Made by a program: the position numbers and the translations under genes. A stretch of DNA of 37,202 bases from Thermodesulfobacteriota bacterium (GTDB taxonomy: Bacteria; DASVDK01): positions 1-37,202 of the forward strand of contig DASVDK010000273.1 of assembly GCA_036381125.1 (NCBI GenBank), given 5' to 3'. Shown here piece after piece: positions 28,473-37,202 of the stretch (position 1 is its first letter; each line of letters opens with the position of its first letter). The notes under the pieces were generated by a model, which worked only from the letters and a program-made list of their open reading frames with translations, made no database searches and was not told where the DNA came from.

Positions 28473-30260
28473 TCAGATGGCGCGCGACCCGCGCCGGCCG
28501 TCGAGCGGATCGCGGTCCGGAAAGTACTCCCGCCAGCGTCGGTCGACCAGGGCGACTGTCTCGGGGGCCGGTTCGACCTCCTTCGGGTAGCTCGGCTTCA
28601 TCCGCGCGTCGATCACGATGGGCCCGCGGTAGCAGAGGTGGTGTCGCCGGACCTCCACCGCCGCGGCGTGCAGGTCGGCGGCCGGCTCGAAGCGGGTGAA
28701 CACCTGCCAGAGGAACCGCGGCGCGGAGGCGGCAGGCGCCAGGTCGTCGGCGAGGACGACGAGCGGCCAGGCGGCGACGGCCGGGTGGCGCGCGAGCCGG
28801 GCGGCCTGCTCGGGGTCTTCGGCGTAGGGCCGGCCGGCCACGACGAGACACCCGCCGCAGAAGACCGCGGCGCCGGCGCAGTCGGCCGGCAGGTCGCCGG
28901 AGAACGCGCGCGGCAGCTCCCGAACCGCTTCGCCGAGGCCGAGGAGGATCGCCTTGCTGCCGCGGTTCACCTCGGGGCCGGTGTAGTCGAGCGTGTCCAT
29001 GGAGAGGTTCGCGATCACGAAGAGGTCGGTCTCCCACTGGACGCGCGCGAGGAGGTGCTCGAGGAGCCCGGGGAAGTCGGTGAGGTCGAGCGGCGCGTCG
29101 GTGACGAGCAGGACCTTCGTGAGCGAGAGCTGCCCCTCGCCGAGGATCCGGAAGGCGGAGGCCATCGCCTCTCGCGGGTAGCGGTCGGCCACGACGGCGG
29201 CCGCCAGCGAGTGGAAGCCGGTCTCGCCGTACGACCAGAGGTCCCGCACGGTCGGCATGACGAGGGGGAAGAGCGGCGCGAGCAGCGCCTGGAGGTAGTC
29301 GCCGATGTAGAAGTCCTCCTGGCGCGGCTTGCCGACGACGGTCGCCGGATAGATCGCGTCGCGACGCCTCGCGATCGCCTCGACCTCGAAGACCGGGTAG
29401 TCGTGCCGGAGCGAGTAGTACCCGTAGTGGTCGCCGAAGGGCCCCTCGGGCCTGCGCACGCGCGGCGGCACCCGCCCGATCAGCGCGAACTCCGCCTCCG
29501 CGACGAGCCGGTGGGGCGAGAGCGGCGAGCGGACCATCGGGAGCCGCTCCCCGAGCAGGAGCGACGCCAGGAGCAGCTCGCCCACCGGCTCGGGGAGCGG
29601 CGCGATGGCCGCCAGGATGAGGGCGGGCGGACCGCCGAGGAAGACGGTCGCCGGCAGCGCCTCCCCCCTCGCCTCGGCCGCCGCGTAGTGGAACCCGCCC
29701 CCCTTGCCGATCTGCCAGTGCATCCCCGTCGTCGTCGGCCCGTGGATCTGCATCCGGTACACCCCGAGGTTGTGCTGGCCGGTCTCCGGATGCTCCGTGT
29801 AGACGAGCGGCAGCGTGACGAACGGGCCGCCGTCCTCGGGCCAGAGGGTGAGCGCCGGCAGGGTGTCGAGCCGCGGCGGGCGCTCGACCACGTCGAGCAC
29901 CGGGCCCGACGGGCGGGTGACGAGGCCGACGCGCAGCGCGTCGAGCGCGAGGCGGCGCGCGCCCCAGAGCTTGCCGAGCGTCGGGGGGAGGATGGTCTTC
30001 GCGAGCCCGACGACCTCGCGCACGAAGCGCTCCGGCCTGGGGCCGAAGGCGAGGTCGATCCGCTCGGGCGACCCGAAGAGGTTCGTCACGACCGGGAAGG
30101 CGCCCGAGGTCGGGCGCCGGAAGAAGAGGGCCGGCCCTCCCGCCGCCGCGACCCGGCGGTGGATCTCCGGAAGCTCGAGCGCGGGATCGACGGGCGCCTC
30201 CACCTCGAGGAGGTCGCCGCGGGCGCGGAGGGCGTCGAGGAACGGGCGGAGCGAGCGCAC
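28473..30260 (-). CDS. UbiD family prenylated-FMN-dependent decarboxylase (long form)
   Basis: PALFF, VTNLFGS, WPEDGGPFVTLP, NLGVYRMQ, EGPFGDHYGYY, VVGKP.QED, DTLDY. Confidence 0.92.
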   Translation of the reverse strand: MRSLRPFLDALRARGDLLEVEAPVDPALELPEIHRRVAAAGGPALFFRRPTSGAFPVVTNLFGSPERIDLAFGPRPERFVREVVGLAKTILPPTLGKLWGARRLALDALRVGLVTRPSGPVLDVVERPPRLDTLPALTLWPEDGGPFVTLPLVYTEHPETGQHNLGVYRMQIHGPTTTGMHWQIGKGGGFHYAAAEARGEALPATVFLGGPPALILAAIAPLPEPVGELLLASLLLGERLPMVRSPLSPHRLVAEAEFALIGRVPPRVRRPEGPFGDHYGYYSLRHDYPVFEVEAIARRRDAIYPATVVGKPRQEDFYIGDYLQALLAPLFPLVMPTVRDLWSYGETGFHSLAAAVVADRYPREAMASAFRILGEGQLSLTKVLLVTDAPLDLTDFPGLLEHLLARVQWETDLFVIANLSMDTLDYTGPEVNRGSKAILLGLGEAVRELPRAFSGDLPADCAGAAVFCGGCLVVAGRPYAEDPEQAARLARHPAVAAWPLVVLADDLAPAASAPRFLWQVFTRFEPAADLHAAAVEVRRHHLCYRGPIVIDARMKPSYPKEVEPAPETVALVDRRWREYFPDRDPLDGRRGSRAI

Positions 30261-30278
30261 GCAGGCATTCTAGACCGA

Positions 30279-30425
30279 TCCTGTCCCCGCGTGCCGCCCA
30301 CGCACCGGCGTCACGGCGCTCCGGGCTAACGCCCGGGCCCCCGCTCGCGCGGGGGCGCATTCCCGCTACGTGCCTGCGGCGCTCGGGCCGCGGCCGGGCC
30401 CCGCGAAGCGGGGCGCATCTCCGCT
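30279..30425 (-). repeat. Composite palindromic REP/BIME-like element (family B), second copy
   Basis: Reverse complement contains GCGGAGATGCGCCCCGCTTCGCGGGG, TAGCGGGAATGCGCCCCC and TAGCCCGGAGCGCCGTGACGCCGGT...GACAGGA, matching 16840-17010. Confidence 0.75.
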
Positions 30426-30461
30426 GCGCGCCCGCGGTATCCTGACGCGAGGAGCCGATCG

Positions 30462-31472
30462 ATGCGGCGCCGACAGTTCCTCGCGGCCGCCGGCGCGGCC
30501 CTCGCCCTGCCGCCCCTTGCCGCGTGGCGCGGCCGCTCCGCCGGCGCGGAGCCGGAGGCGGGGCTGCCGCCCCTCGTCACGCCGAGCGAGGCCTTCTTCG
30601 AGGTCTCGAAGAACCTCCCCTGGCTCGGCGGCGATCCCCGGATCGACGCGGCCGGCTTCCGCCTCGCGGTGGGCGGCCTCGTCCGCCGCCCCCTGGCGCT
30701 GTCGCTCGGCGACCTGCACCGGCTCCCCGCCGAGACCGTCCTCGCGACGCTGGCCTGCATCAGCAACGAGGTGGGCGGCCCCCTGATCGGCACCGCCCGG
30801 TGGCGCGGCGTGCCGCTGCGGCGCCTGCTCGCGGAGGCCGATCCTCGCCCCGCGGCGCGGGTGCTCGTCGCGCACTGCGCCGACGGGTACTCGGAGACCC
30901 TCCCGACGGCCGTGCTCGGCTCCGAGCCGGCATGGCTCGCCTACGAGATGAACGGCGCGCCGCTCCCTCGCGGGCACGGGTTCCCGGTCCGGCTCCTCCT
31001 GCCGGCACGCTACGGGCTCAAGAGCGCCAAGTGGGTCGTGCGGATCGAGCTGGTGGACGAGCCCGTGCGCGGCTACTGGGCGTGGCGCGGCGGGTGGGAC
31101 GAGTCGGCGTTCGTTCGAACGTCGAGCCAGATCCTCGTACCGCGCCCCTTCGGCGCGGTGCCTCCGGAGGGAGCGACCGTCGCCGGCGTCGCGCACGCGG
31201 GCGCCCGCGGGATCTCCGGCGTCGAACTGAGCGCCGACGGCCGGCGCACGTGGCATCCCGCCGCCGTCGAGCCGGCGGCCTCGCCCGTCGCGTGGGTCCG
31301 CTTCCGCTGGCGCTGGAAGCCCGATCGGGGGACCGCCGTGGCCCCCGGCCGCCACGTGCTCCAGGTGCGTGCCGTCGACGGCGGCGGCACGCCGCAGGTC
31401 GAGGCCGACCACTCACCCTTCCCGTCCGGCGCGACCGGCCTCCACAGCGTCCTCGTCCACCTGCGAGCCTGA
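30462..31472 (+). CDS. Tat-exported molybdopterin-dependent oxidoreductase (sulfite oxidase family)
   Basis: RRRQFL Tat motif, TLACISN Mo-ligand Cys, W.GVPL, AYEMNG.PL...HGFPVRL, YGLKSAKW, C-terminal Ig-like domain. Confidence 0.9.
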   Translation: MRRRQFLAAAGAALALPPLAAWRGRSAGAEPEAGLPPLVTPSEAFFEVSKNLPWLGGDPRIDAAGFRLAVGGLVRRPLALSLGDLHRLPAETVLATLACISNEVGGPLIGTARWRGVPLRRLLAEADPRPAARVLVAHCADGYSETLPTAVLGSEPAWLAYEMNGAPLPRGHGFPVRLLLPARYGLKSAKWVVRIELVDEPVRGYWAWRGGWDESAFVRTSSQILVPRPFGAVPPEGATVAGVAHAGARGISGVELSADGRRTWHPAAVEPAASPVAWVRFRWRWKPDRGTAVAPGRHVLQVRAVDGGGTPQVEADHSPFPSGATGLHSVLVHLRA

Positions 31473-31477
31473 CGGGG

Positions 31478-32176
31478 TCAGTGGCCGAAGGGGGGGCGGC
31501 CGTGGAAGTCGCCGTCGAGGCGCACGGTGGCCGCGGCGAGCGACCGCCCCTGGACGCGCAGGGCCGCCGAGAGGCTGTGCACGCCTCGGGCGCGGAGCAG
31601 TGGGACGAGGCGCATGTAGATGCGGCCGGCGATGACGGCGTCGCCCCGCGCCGTGTGCCGGCCGTCGCACGGTACCTCGAGCCGCGCCGCCAGCTCCTCG
31701 AGGGAGAGGCCGGCCCAGTGGGGCGACAACGCCCGCGCGAGCCCGGCCACGTCGAGGGCCGGGACGGTGAGCGCCGGCAGGCGCAACCGGCGCGCGAGGC
31801 GGTTCAGGATCGAGAGGTCGAAGCCGAGAGCGAACCCGACGAGCGGCGCGAAGGCGCCGCACGCGGCGGAGAGGGCCGGGAGCACCGTCTCGAACGGCGG
31901 CGCGCCGGCCACGTGCCCGTCGTCGATCCCGTGGATCCGCGTGGCGGTGAGCGGGATGGGCCGACCCGGGCGGACGAGGCTCTCGTACCCCCGCTCGGGC
32001 CGGGGGTCGCCGTCCTCGAAGGGAATGGCGGCGACGGAAACCGGCTCGTCGCGGCGGGTGTCGAGCCCGGTCGTCTCGATGTCGAGGGCGCAGAAGCGGC
32101 CGGTCGGGAGCGGCCCGGGTGGAGAGTTGCCCGCCCCCCCGAAGGGCCAGATCCGTCCGATCCAGGGCCGCGTCAT
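31478..32176 (-). CDS. DnaQ-like 3'-5' exonuclease domain protein
   Basis: DEDDh motifs ALDIETTG, FDL, HTARGDA; IHGI. Confidence 0.88.
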   Translation of the reverse strand: MTRPWIGRIWPFGGAGNSPPGPLPTGRFCALDIETTGLDTRRDEPVSVAAIPFEDGDPRPERGYESLVRPGRPIPLTATRIHGIDDGHVAGAPPFETVLPALSAACGAFAPLVGFALGFDLSILNRLARRLRLPALTVPALDVAGLARALSPHWAGLSLEELAARLEVPCDGRHTARGDAVIAGRIYMRLVPLLRARGVHSLSAALRVQGRSLAAATVRLDGDFHGRPPFGH

Positions 32177-33687
32177 CCGAACAGCATATCAGTCAGGAAG
32201 CGGGTCCGGAGGTCGTTCTGCAGCCGGCGGACCGCGAGGAGCGCCTCCCTGAGGCCGGCCCGCTCGGCGCGGTTCAGGGCGCCCGGCTCGACGGCGCTCG
32301 TGGGCGGACGCCCGGCGTCGAGGTCGGCGAGCTGTCGACGGAGCCGGAGCCGGGTGATCACCTCGTACGCGGCCGTCAGCTCCTCCACCTGGCGCGGTGC
32401 GAAACGGCCGTCGCGGGCGGCGGCCGCCTCGAGACGCTCGAGCGTGTTCGTCTGCCGCAGTGCGAGCTCCAGCGCGTGGACACGCAGCGCGTTCACGAGG
32501 GGGAGCATCCCCTGGAGCTTCAGGTTGATCTTGCCCCGGGAGGGCCCCCACAGCGGCGTCACGAGGCGCCCGAAGAGGCCGATCGGCGGCGCCGTCGAGA
32601 CGGCCGACCAGGCCATGAGCCGCAGGAACGCCTTCCAGGCGTCGACCTCCTTTCGGAGGTGGGCGAAGAGGCGGTCGGCCAGGTCGTGCGCGCCCCAGAC
32701 CGGCCTGAAGTCGAACACGATGGAGGCCTCGAGCAGGTCCTCCGGCGACGACTGCCGGACCCAGCGCGAGAAGCGACGCTCCCAGACGTCCACCGGCTGG
32801 CGCCAGGTCCTGTTCGACGCCATCACGTCCGCCGGGCAGCGCGGCACGCCGCACCGGACGAGGCCCGAGACCGTCTCGGCGGCGAGGCGCTCGAAGTAGC
32901 GGTCGACTGCCCAGGCGGGCACGTCGGCGGGCGGTCGCTCGTGGACGAGCGCGTTGTCCTGATCGGTCGAGAGCGTCTGCTCCCGGCGCCCCTCGCTGCC
33001 GAGGGCGAGCCAGCAGTAGCGGACGGGCGGATGGCCGAACCCGTCGGCCGCGAGCGCCTGTTCGGCCATGCCGAGCAGGCGCCGGACGAGCGCATCGTGC
33101 AACTCGGCCGTGATGCGCGCGATGTCCGCGGACGGCACGCCGTCGTCGAGGAGGGCGCGGATCACGGCCGTCACCTTCGGCGCGAGCGCCGCGAGGTCGT
33201 CGACCCGCGTCTGGCGCTCGATGGCTCGCAGGAGGGGAACGGGGTGCGCCTCTCCCGGCGTGAGGAAGTCGTGGCTCGAGACGACGCCGACGAGGCGGTC
33301 CCGGACGCCGCCGGCCGGCTCGCCGCCCGGCGCCGGCGCCTCGAGAACGGGCAGGTGGCGGATGCCGCGGCGGAGCATCTCGAGGAGCGCCTCGATGGCC
33401 GGCGCACCGGCCGAGACCACGTGGAGCGGCGCGCTCATGATGCGGCCGACCGGCTCGGAGGGGGGAAGCTCCGCGGCGACGACCTTGCCCCGCAGGTCGC
33501 GGTCGGTGACGATGCCGATCGGCGCGCCGTCGCCGTCGACGACCACGACGGCGCCGACCGCCTCGGCCTGCATGAGGCGTGCGGCCTCGGCGATGGTCGT
33601 GGCGGGCGAGCAGGTGACCGGCGCGTGACGGATCAGCTCCCGGACCGGGCGGTGGAGGGGGGCGGACCCCCGGTGGGCGAGCGGCAT
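32173..33687 (-). CDS. CBS-pair plus DUF294 nucleotidyltransferase-like protein (paralog 1)
   Basis: GIVTDRDLR and IRHLPV CBS repeats; GSEGRREQT..TDQDNAL, CPADVMASN..W, FDFRP, INLK. Confidence 0.9.
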   Translation of the reverse strand: MPLAHRGSAPLHRPVRELIRHAPVTCSPATTIAEAARLMQAEAVGAVVVVDGDGAPIGIVTDRDLRGKVVAAELPPSEPVGRIMSAPLHVVSAGAPAIEALLEMLRRGIRHLPVLEAPAPGGEPAGGVRDRLVGVVSSHDFLTPGEAHPVPLLRAIERQTRVDDLAALAPKVTAVIRALLDDGVPSADIARITAELHDALVRRLLGMAEQALAADGFGHPPVRYCWLALGSEGRREQTLSTDQDNALVHERPPADVPAWAVDRYFERLAAETVSGLVRCGVPRCPADVMASNRTWRQPVDVWERRFSRWVRQSSPEDLLEASIVFDFRPVWGAHDLADRLFAHLRKEVDAWKAFLRLMAWSAVSTAPPIGLFGRLVTPLWGPSRGKINLKLQGMLPLVNALRVHALELALRQTNTLERLEAAAARDGRFAPRQVEELTAAYEVITRLRLRRQLADLDAGRPPTSAVEPGALNRAERAGLREALLAVRRLQNDLRTRFLTDMLFG

Positions 33688-33754
33688 GCGGCGCCCGTTC
33701 CGAGCGGAGACGCGCGGGCGGGGCGCCGGCCCCGCCCGCGCAGGCGCCTTCGGC

Positions 33755-33832
33755 CTAGCGGCCGAAGACGACGAGCATGAAGACGACGGTGAAGAGGATC
33801 GATCCGACCAGCCAGTAGTCTTCGCGTGCCAT
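33755..33832 (-). CDS. 25-aa single-TM membrane peptide (not in the ORF track)
   Basis: MAREDYWLVGSILFTVVFMLVVFGR; GGAGG RBS; high GC3; 15 nt after the SSS transporter stop. Confidence 0.7.
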   Translation of the reverse strand: MAREDYWLVGSILFTVVFMLVVFGR

Positions 33833-33847
33833 GCGTGAACCCTCCGT

Positions 33848-35671
33848 CTACCGGTTCGCCCGGTCCGGCGAGGCGACGCCGAGCGCGGAGGCGGCCGCCG
33901 GCGCCACCTCGTGGACCACGTACCGGGTATCGGTCTCGGCCCGCTCGATCTGCGCCCGGCCGAGGAACGAGAGGCCCGCCTTGAACGTGAGCGCCCACAT
34001 CATCGCGATCCCGAGGAGCCACCAGACGATCTGCCACGACCAGAGCGGCGGGAAGCCGAGGAACGAGAAGGCGTTGTTGCCGAGCACGGCTCCCGGTCCG
34101 ATCGCGAAGAGGTACCACACCGGCACCACCACCCACATCGCCTTGCGCCACTTCTTCTGCTGCTCGGTCGGCCGGTCGATGTCGGCGAGCCATTCGCGCA
34201 CCTCCCGGCGCCTGGCGAGCTTCTCGGGCGCTTCCTGGCCGATCTTGCTCGCGAGGAGGCCGACGACGATCGCCACGCCGAGGCCCCACCCGGCCGAGTG
34301 GATCGTGAGCGGATACTTCCAGCCCGGCACGAGGATGTCGGTCAGGAAGACGGCCGCCACGCCGGCGATCAGGCCGAGGACGGTCCCGAGCCCTGTCACC
34401 CGGAGGCCGTAGCACACGCCGAGGAGCGGCAGGTACATCAGCGTCCCGAACGCCGTCGCGAGGCCGCCGAGCATGACGAGCGCCGCCTGCGAGTTGACGG
34501 CGATGACGAAGGCGACGACCGTGATGAACACCGCGAAGGCGCGCGACGTCCAGATCTGCTCGCCGTGACCCGCGCCGGGGCGGATGTAGCGGAAGTAGAC
34601 GTCCCGGCAGAGGATCGTCGAGCCGGTGCCGATGTAGGGCGACGCGGTGGACTGCATGGCGGCGAGCGCCCCGATGGTGACGAGCGCCAGCCAGAAGCCG
34701 GGCAGGTAGGCGTGCATCAGCTTCGGGACGAGGTCGCTGTCCCTCGCGATGCCGAGCGTGTCGGTCACGATTCGGCCGCCCATCCCCTGGATGGCCGTGA
34801 AGAAGAAGAGGGCGAAGCCGACCACGAACGTCGAGGCGAACGTCTGCTGCCAGGGGAAGGGCCTCGGGTTCTTGTTCGAGAAGGCCCACATCGTGAAGGC
34901 CGGCGAAGCCTGGATCCCCATGAGGGAGAACATGTAGGTGAGGATCATCGTGCCGGTCCAGATCGTCTCGCCGGCCGTGACCTCCATGACGGCCGGGATC
35001 TCGAGGTACCGCTCGGGGAGCTGCGAGATCTGCTGGCTCAGCGTGGACCAGCCTCCGACGGCGCCGAGCGTGAAGGCGCCGAGCGTGATGATGCCGGCCA
35101 CGAGGAGGACGCACTGGAGGGCGTCGACCCAGGCGATGGCCCTGAGGCCCCCCGCGGCCACGTAGAAGACGACGATCGCCGCGAGCAGGATCGAGCCGGT
35201 GACGGCGGGGATGCCGGTGACCCAGTGGAAGAGGGCGCCCGACGCCATGAGCTGCACGGCCGAGTAGAACGAGCTGTAGAGGAACGCCACGAGGACGACG
35301 AGCCACCGCATCGCCTCGGTGCCGAAGTAGTACGCGTACATGTCGCCCGGCGTGATGAAGCCGTAGCGCTTGCCGAGGAGCCACTGGCGCTTGGCGAAGA
35401 AGGCACCGGTGATCGGGATCGTCAGGACGTAGAACGAGGCGAACGCGTACGCGAGGCCGTCGCGCCAGATGAGCCCCGGATGCCCGATGAAGGTCCACCC
35501 GCTGAACGACGTTGCGGTCGCGGCGAGCAGGAAGATCCACATCGGGAGGGCGCGGCCGGCGATCATGTAGCCGCTGGCCGTCTTCGATCGGCGCGCCCCC
35601 TGGATGCCCCAGTAGATGCAGTAGGCCCAGTAGAGGACGACGGCCGTCCAGACCCAGGCTTCGTTGCTCAT
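33848..35671 (-). CDS. Sodium:solute symporter family protein (probably monocarboxylate/acetate by context)
   Basis: ATATSFSGWTFIGHPG, KRYGFITPGD, GGLRAIAWVD.LQ, ALAAMQST; many TM helices; ATG at 35671 after GGAGG. Confidence 0.92.
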   Translation of the reverse strand: MSNEAWVWTAVVLYWAYCIYWGIQGARRSKTASGYMIAGRALPMWIFLLAATATSFSGWTFIGHPGLIWRDGLAYAFASFYVLTIPITGAFFAKRQWLLGKRYGFITPGDMYAYYFGTEAMRWLVVLVAFLYSSFYSAVQLMASGALFHWVTGIPAVTGSILLAAIVVFYVAAGGLRAIAWVDALQCVLLVAGIITLGAFTLGAVGGWSTLSQQISQLPERYLEIPAVMEVTAGETIWTGTMILTYMFSLMGIQASPAFTMWAFSNKNPRPFPWQQTFASTFVVGFALFFFTAIQGMGGRIVTDTLGIARDSDLVPKLMHAYLPGFWLALVTIGALAAMQSTASPYIGTGSTILCRDVYFRYIRPGAGHGEQIWTSRAFAVFITVVAFVIAVNSQAALVMLGGLATAFGTLMYLPLLGVCYGLRVTGLGTVLGLIAGVAAVFLTDILVPGWKYPLTIHSAGWGLGVAIVVGLLASKIGQEAPEKLARRREVREWLADIDRPTEQQKKWRKAMWVVVPVWYLFAIGPGAVLGNNAFSFLGFPPLWSWQIVWWLLGIAMMWALTFKAGLSFLGRAQIERAETDTRYVVHEVAPAAASALGVASPDRANR

Positions 35672-35923
35672 TCCCACCTCCGTAGGTCAGGGAGAATGAC
35701 GCCGGCGTAGCCGTGGACGACCGCCTGCACGCGACGATGGATGGATGGTGAACGACCGGCGGGGTCCCGGTCCATGCCGTCAGGTCGCTCGGTCCCCTGG
35801 GTGGCGTTTCGTGTTGCGAGCGGCCTGTCCTTACAGCTTCGCATGCTAGACCCGGCAGGGTAGGGGCGCAATGCGCGGCATGGCTCGCTCGGCACTGCCG
35901 GCAACCGCTCGGAAGGGTTTCGC

Positions 35924-37202
35924 CTAGCCTGCCTGTGCGGTGAGGAAGCGCTCGGCGAGGGCGCGCTGGAGGGATGCGACCGTGCGGAACGCCTCGGTGA
36001 GGGACGCCCGCTCGATTCGGTCGAGACGGCGCGGCGCGACGCGGTTGTCGGGCGGCCGGCCGGCGGCCACGGCGGCGAGCTGGTGGGCGAGGCGGACTCG
36101 CAGGATGACCCTGTAGGCCGCCTCGAGGTCGGCCGCCTCGGTCGGGGTGAAGGCCCCGCGCGCCGCCGCGCCGGCCAGGCGCTCGAGGGTGCCGGTCGCC
36201 GTGAGACCGTAGGACAGCGCGTAGACGCGCATCGCCTGCGTCACCGGGAAGACGCCGGCCCCCTTGAGGTCGATCGTGCCGCGATGCACCCCGGTCCAGT
36301 CGGTGCGAAGCCGCCCGAAGAGCCCGATCGGCGGCCGGCGCTCGGCGGCGGTCCGCGCCAGGAGGCGAAGGAAGAGCGGGTGGCGGGGGGCCTCACCGCA
36401 GGCCCAGGTCGCAAGCTCGCGGCCGGGGCCGTCGTCGCCGCCGGCGACCGGCCGCATGTCGAGGTAGACGGAGGCCTCGAGCAGGTGCACCGGCTCGGGC
36501 TCCGCGAACCAGCTCGCGACGCGGCGCCGCCACACGCGGAGCGGCTGGCACCACCGGGGGTTCTCGGCCATGTACCCCCCCTCGCACCGGGGGACGCCGA
36601 CCCGCGCGAGGCCGTCGCCGACGGCGCGGCCGAGGCGCCCGAAGTAGGCGGCCGCCGCCGCGTCGATCTCCTCGGGGGGGTCGGCGTAGACGAGGCCGCT
36701 GTCCTGGTCGGTCCTGAGCGTCTGCTCGCGGCGTCCCTCGCTGCCGGCGGCGACGAGGGACCAGGCGACGGGCGGACGCCCGAGCCCTTCGGCCTCGAGC
36801 CGCGCGATGGCCAGCGCCGCGACGCGTCGGACGAGCCGGTCCGACAGCTCGGCGACGACCGCCGCGGCCTCCACCGGGCCCGCCCCCTCGTTCACGAGCG
36901 CGCGCAGCACGCCGACCTGCATCGGCGCCGCCGCGGCCAGCGCCTCGATCGACGGCGCCTCCTCGATGGCGCGCGCCATCGCGATCGGGCCGGGCGAGGC
37001 CGCGGAAGGGAGGTCGTCGCGGCCGAGGACGCCGACGAGGCGCCCCTCCTCGATCACGCCGAGGTGGTGGAAGTTCCCTCTGGTCATCGCCAGGAGGGCG
37101 TCGAAGGCCGGCGCATCGGCCGCAACGGCGACGAGCGGCGCGCTCATGACCTCGGCCACCGGCGTCTCGGTGGAGCGGCCCGCAGCGAGGACGCGCGTCC
37201 GC
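35924..37202 (-). CDS. CBS-pair plus DUF294 nucleotidyltransferase-like protein (paralog 2), 5' end outside the window
   Basis: Frame stays open to the window edge (RTRVLAAGRSTETPVAEVMS); FHHLGV, GSEGRREQT..TDQD, C.GGYMAENP.W, IDLK. Confidence 0.88.
   Translation of the reverse strand, partial: RTRVLAAGRSTETPVAEVMSAPLVAVAADAPAFDALLAMTRGNFHHLGVIEEGRLVGVLGRDDLPSAASPGPIAMARAIEEAPSIEALAAAAPMQVGVLRALVNEGAGPVEAAAVVAELSDRLVRRVAALAIARLEAEGLGRPPVAWSLVAAGSEGRREQTLRTDQDSGLVYADPPEEIDAAAAAYFGRLGRAVGDGLARVGVPRCEGGYMAENPRWCQPLRVWRRRVASWFAEPEPVHLLEASVYLDMRPVAGGDDGPGRELATWACGEAPRHPLFLRLLARTAAERRPPIGLFGRLRTDWTGVHRGTIDLKGAGVFPVTQAMRVYALSYGLTATGTLERLAGAAARGAFTPTEAADLEAAYRVILRVRLAHQLAAVAAGRPPDNRVAPRRLDRIERASLTEAFRTVASLQRALAERFLTAQAG

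Noticed and set aside
31478-33687. CBASS-like or other nucleotidyltransferase/nuclease defence system
   Set aside because: The NTase is the CBS-DUF294 type known from transporter loci; no CD-NTase or effector features.
27949-35710. Long shadow ORFs (27949-30360, 28458-30329, 30524-32899, 33633-35540, 33911-35710)
   Set aside because: They overlap well-supported genes in other frames or strands and lack recognisable motifs.

Overview
Densely coded, very GC-rich (by eye above 70%) chromosomal segment of a diderm bacterium: it carries an ADP-heptose adenylyltransferase, an outer-membrane beta-barrel protein, Tat and lipoprotein signals, and a sigma54-type promoter. I found no rRNA, tRNA, CRISPR array, transposase or integrase. 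Left to right: mobA; two clpX paralogs flanking a beta-barrel gene, with no clpP nearby; rfaE2, NUDIX, Ca2+/cation antiporter, cutA, an M20 amidohydrolase and a degenerate PHP protein; then a decayed patch. The core (10.8-22.3 kb) looks like one co-regulated oxalate-catabolic island. It holds an oxalate oxidoreductase-like TPP enzyme (YPIRP signature, no CoA-binding glycine loop, delta subunit split into two genes), a divergent FrhB-like Fe-S protein with three unknown genes, and a TctCBA transporter. These are linked by a FadR/GntR regulator and four TGGT-N3-ACCA boxes. Next is an uncharacterised cluster (PIG-L deacetylase, methyltransferase, YdjC deacetylase, ATP-grasp ligase, SenB-like GT4, DoxX, MBL hydrolase) whose logic resembles mycothiol/bacillithiol synthesis. 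The window ends with UbiD, a Tat molybdo-oxidoreductase, and an SSS transporter / CBS-DUF294 / exonuclease locus that includes an unannotated 25-aa membrane peptide. Two dispersed REP-like repeat families are present. All family assignments come from motif recognition and recall; no searches were run.
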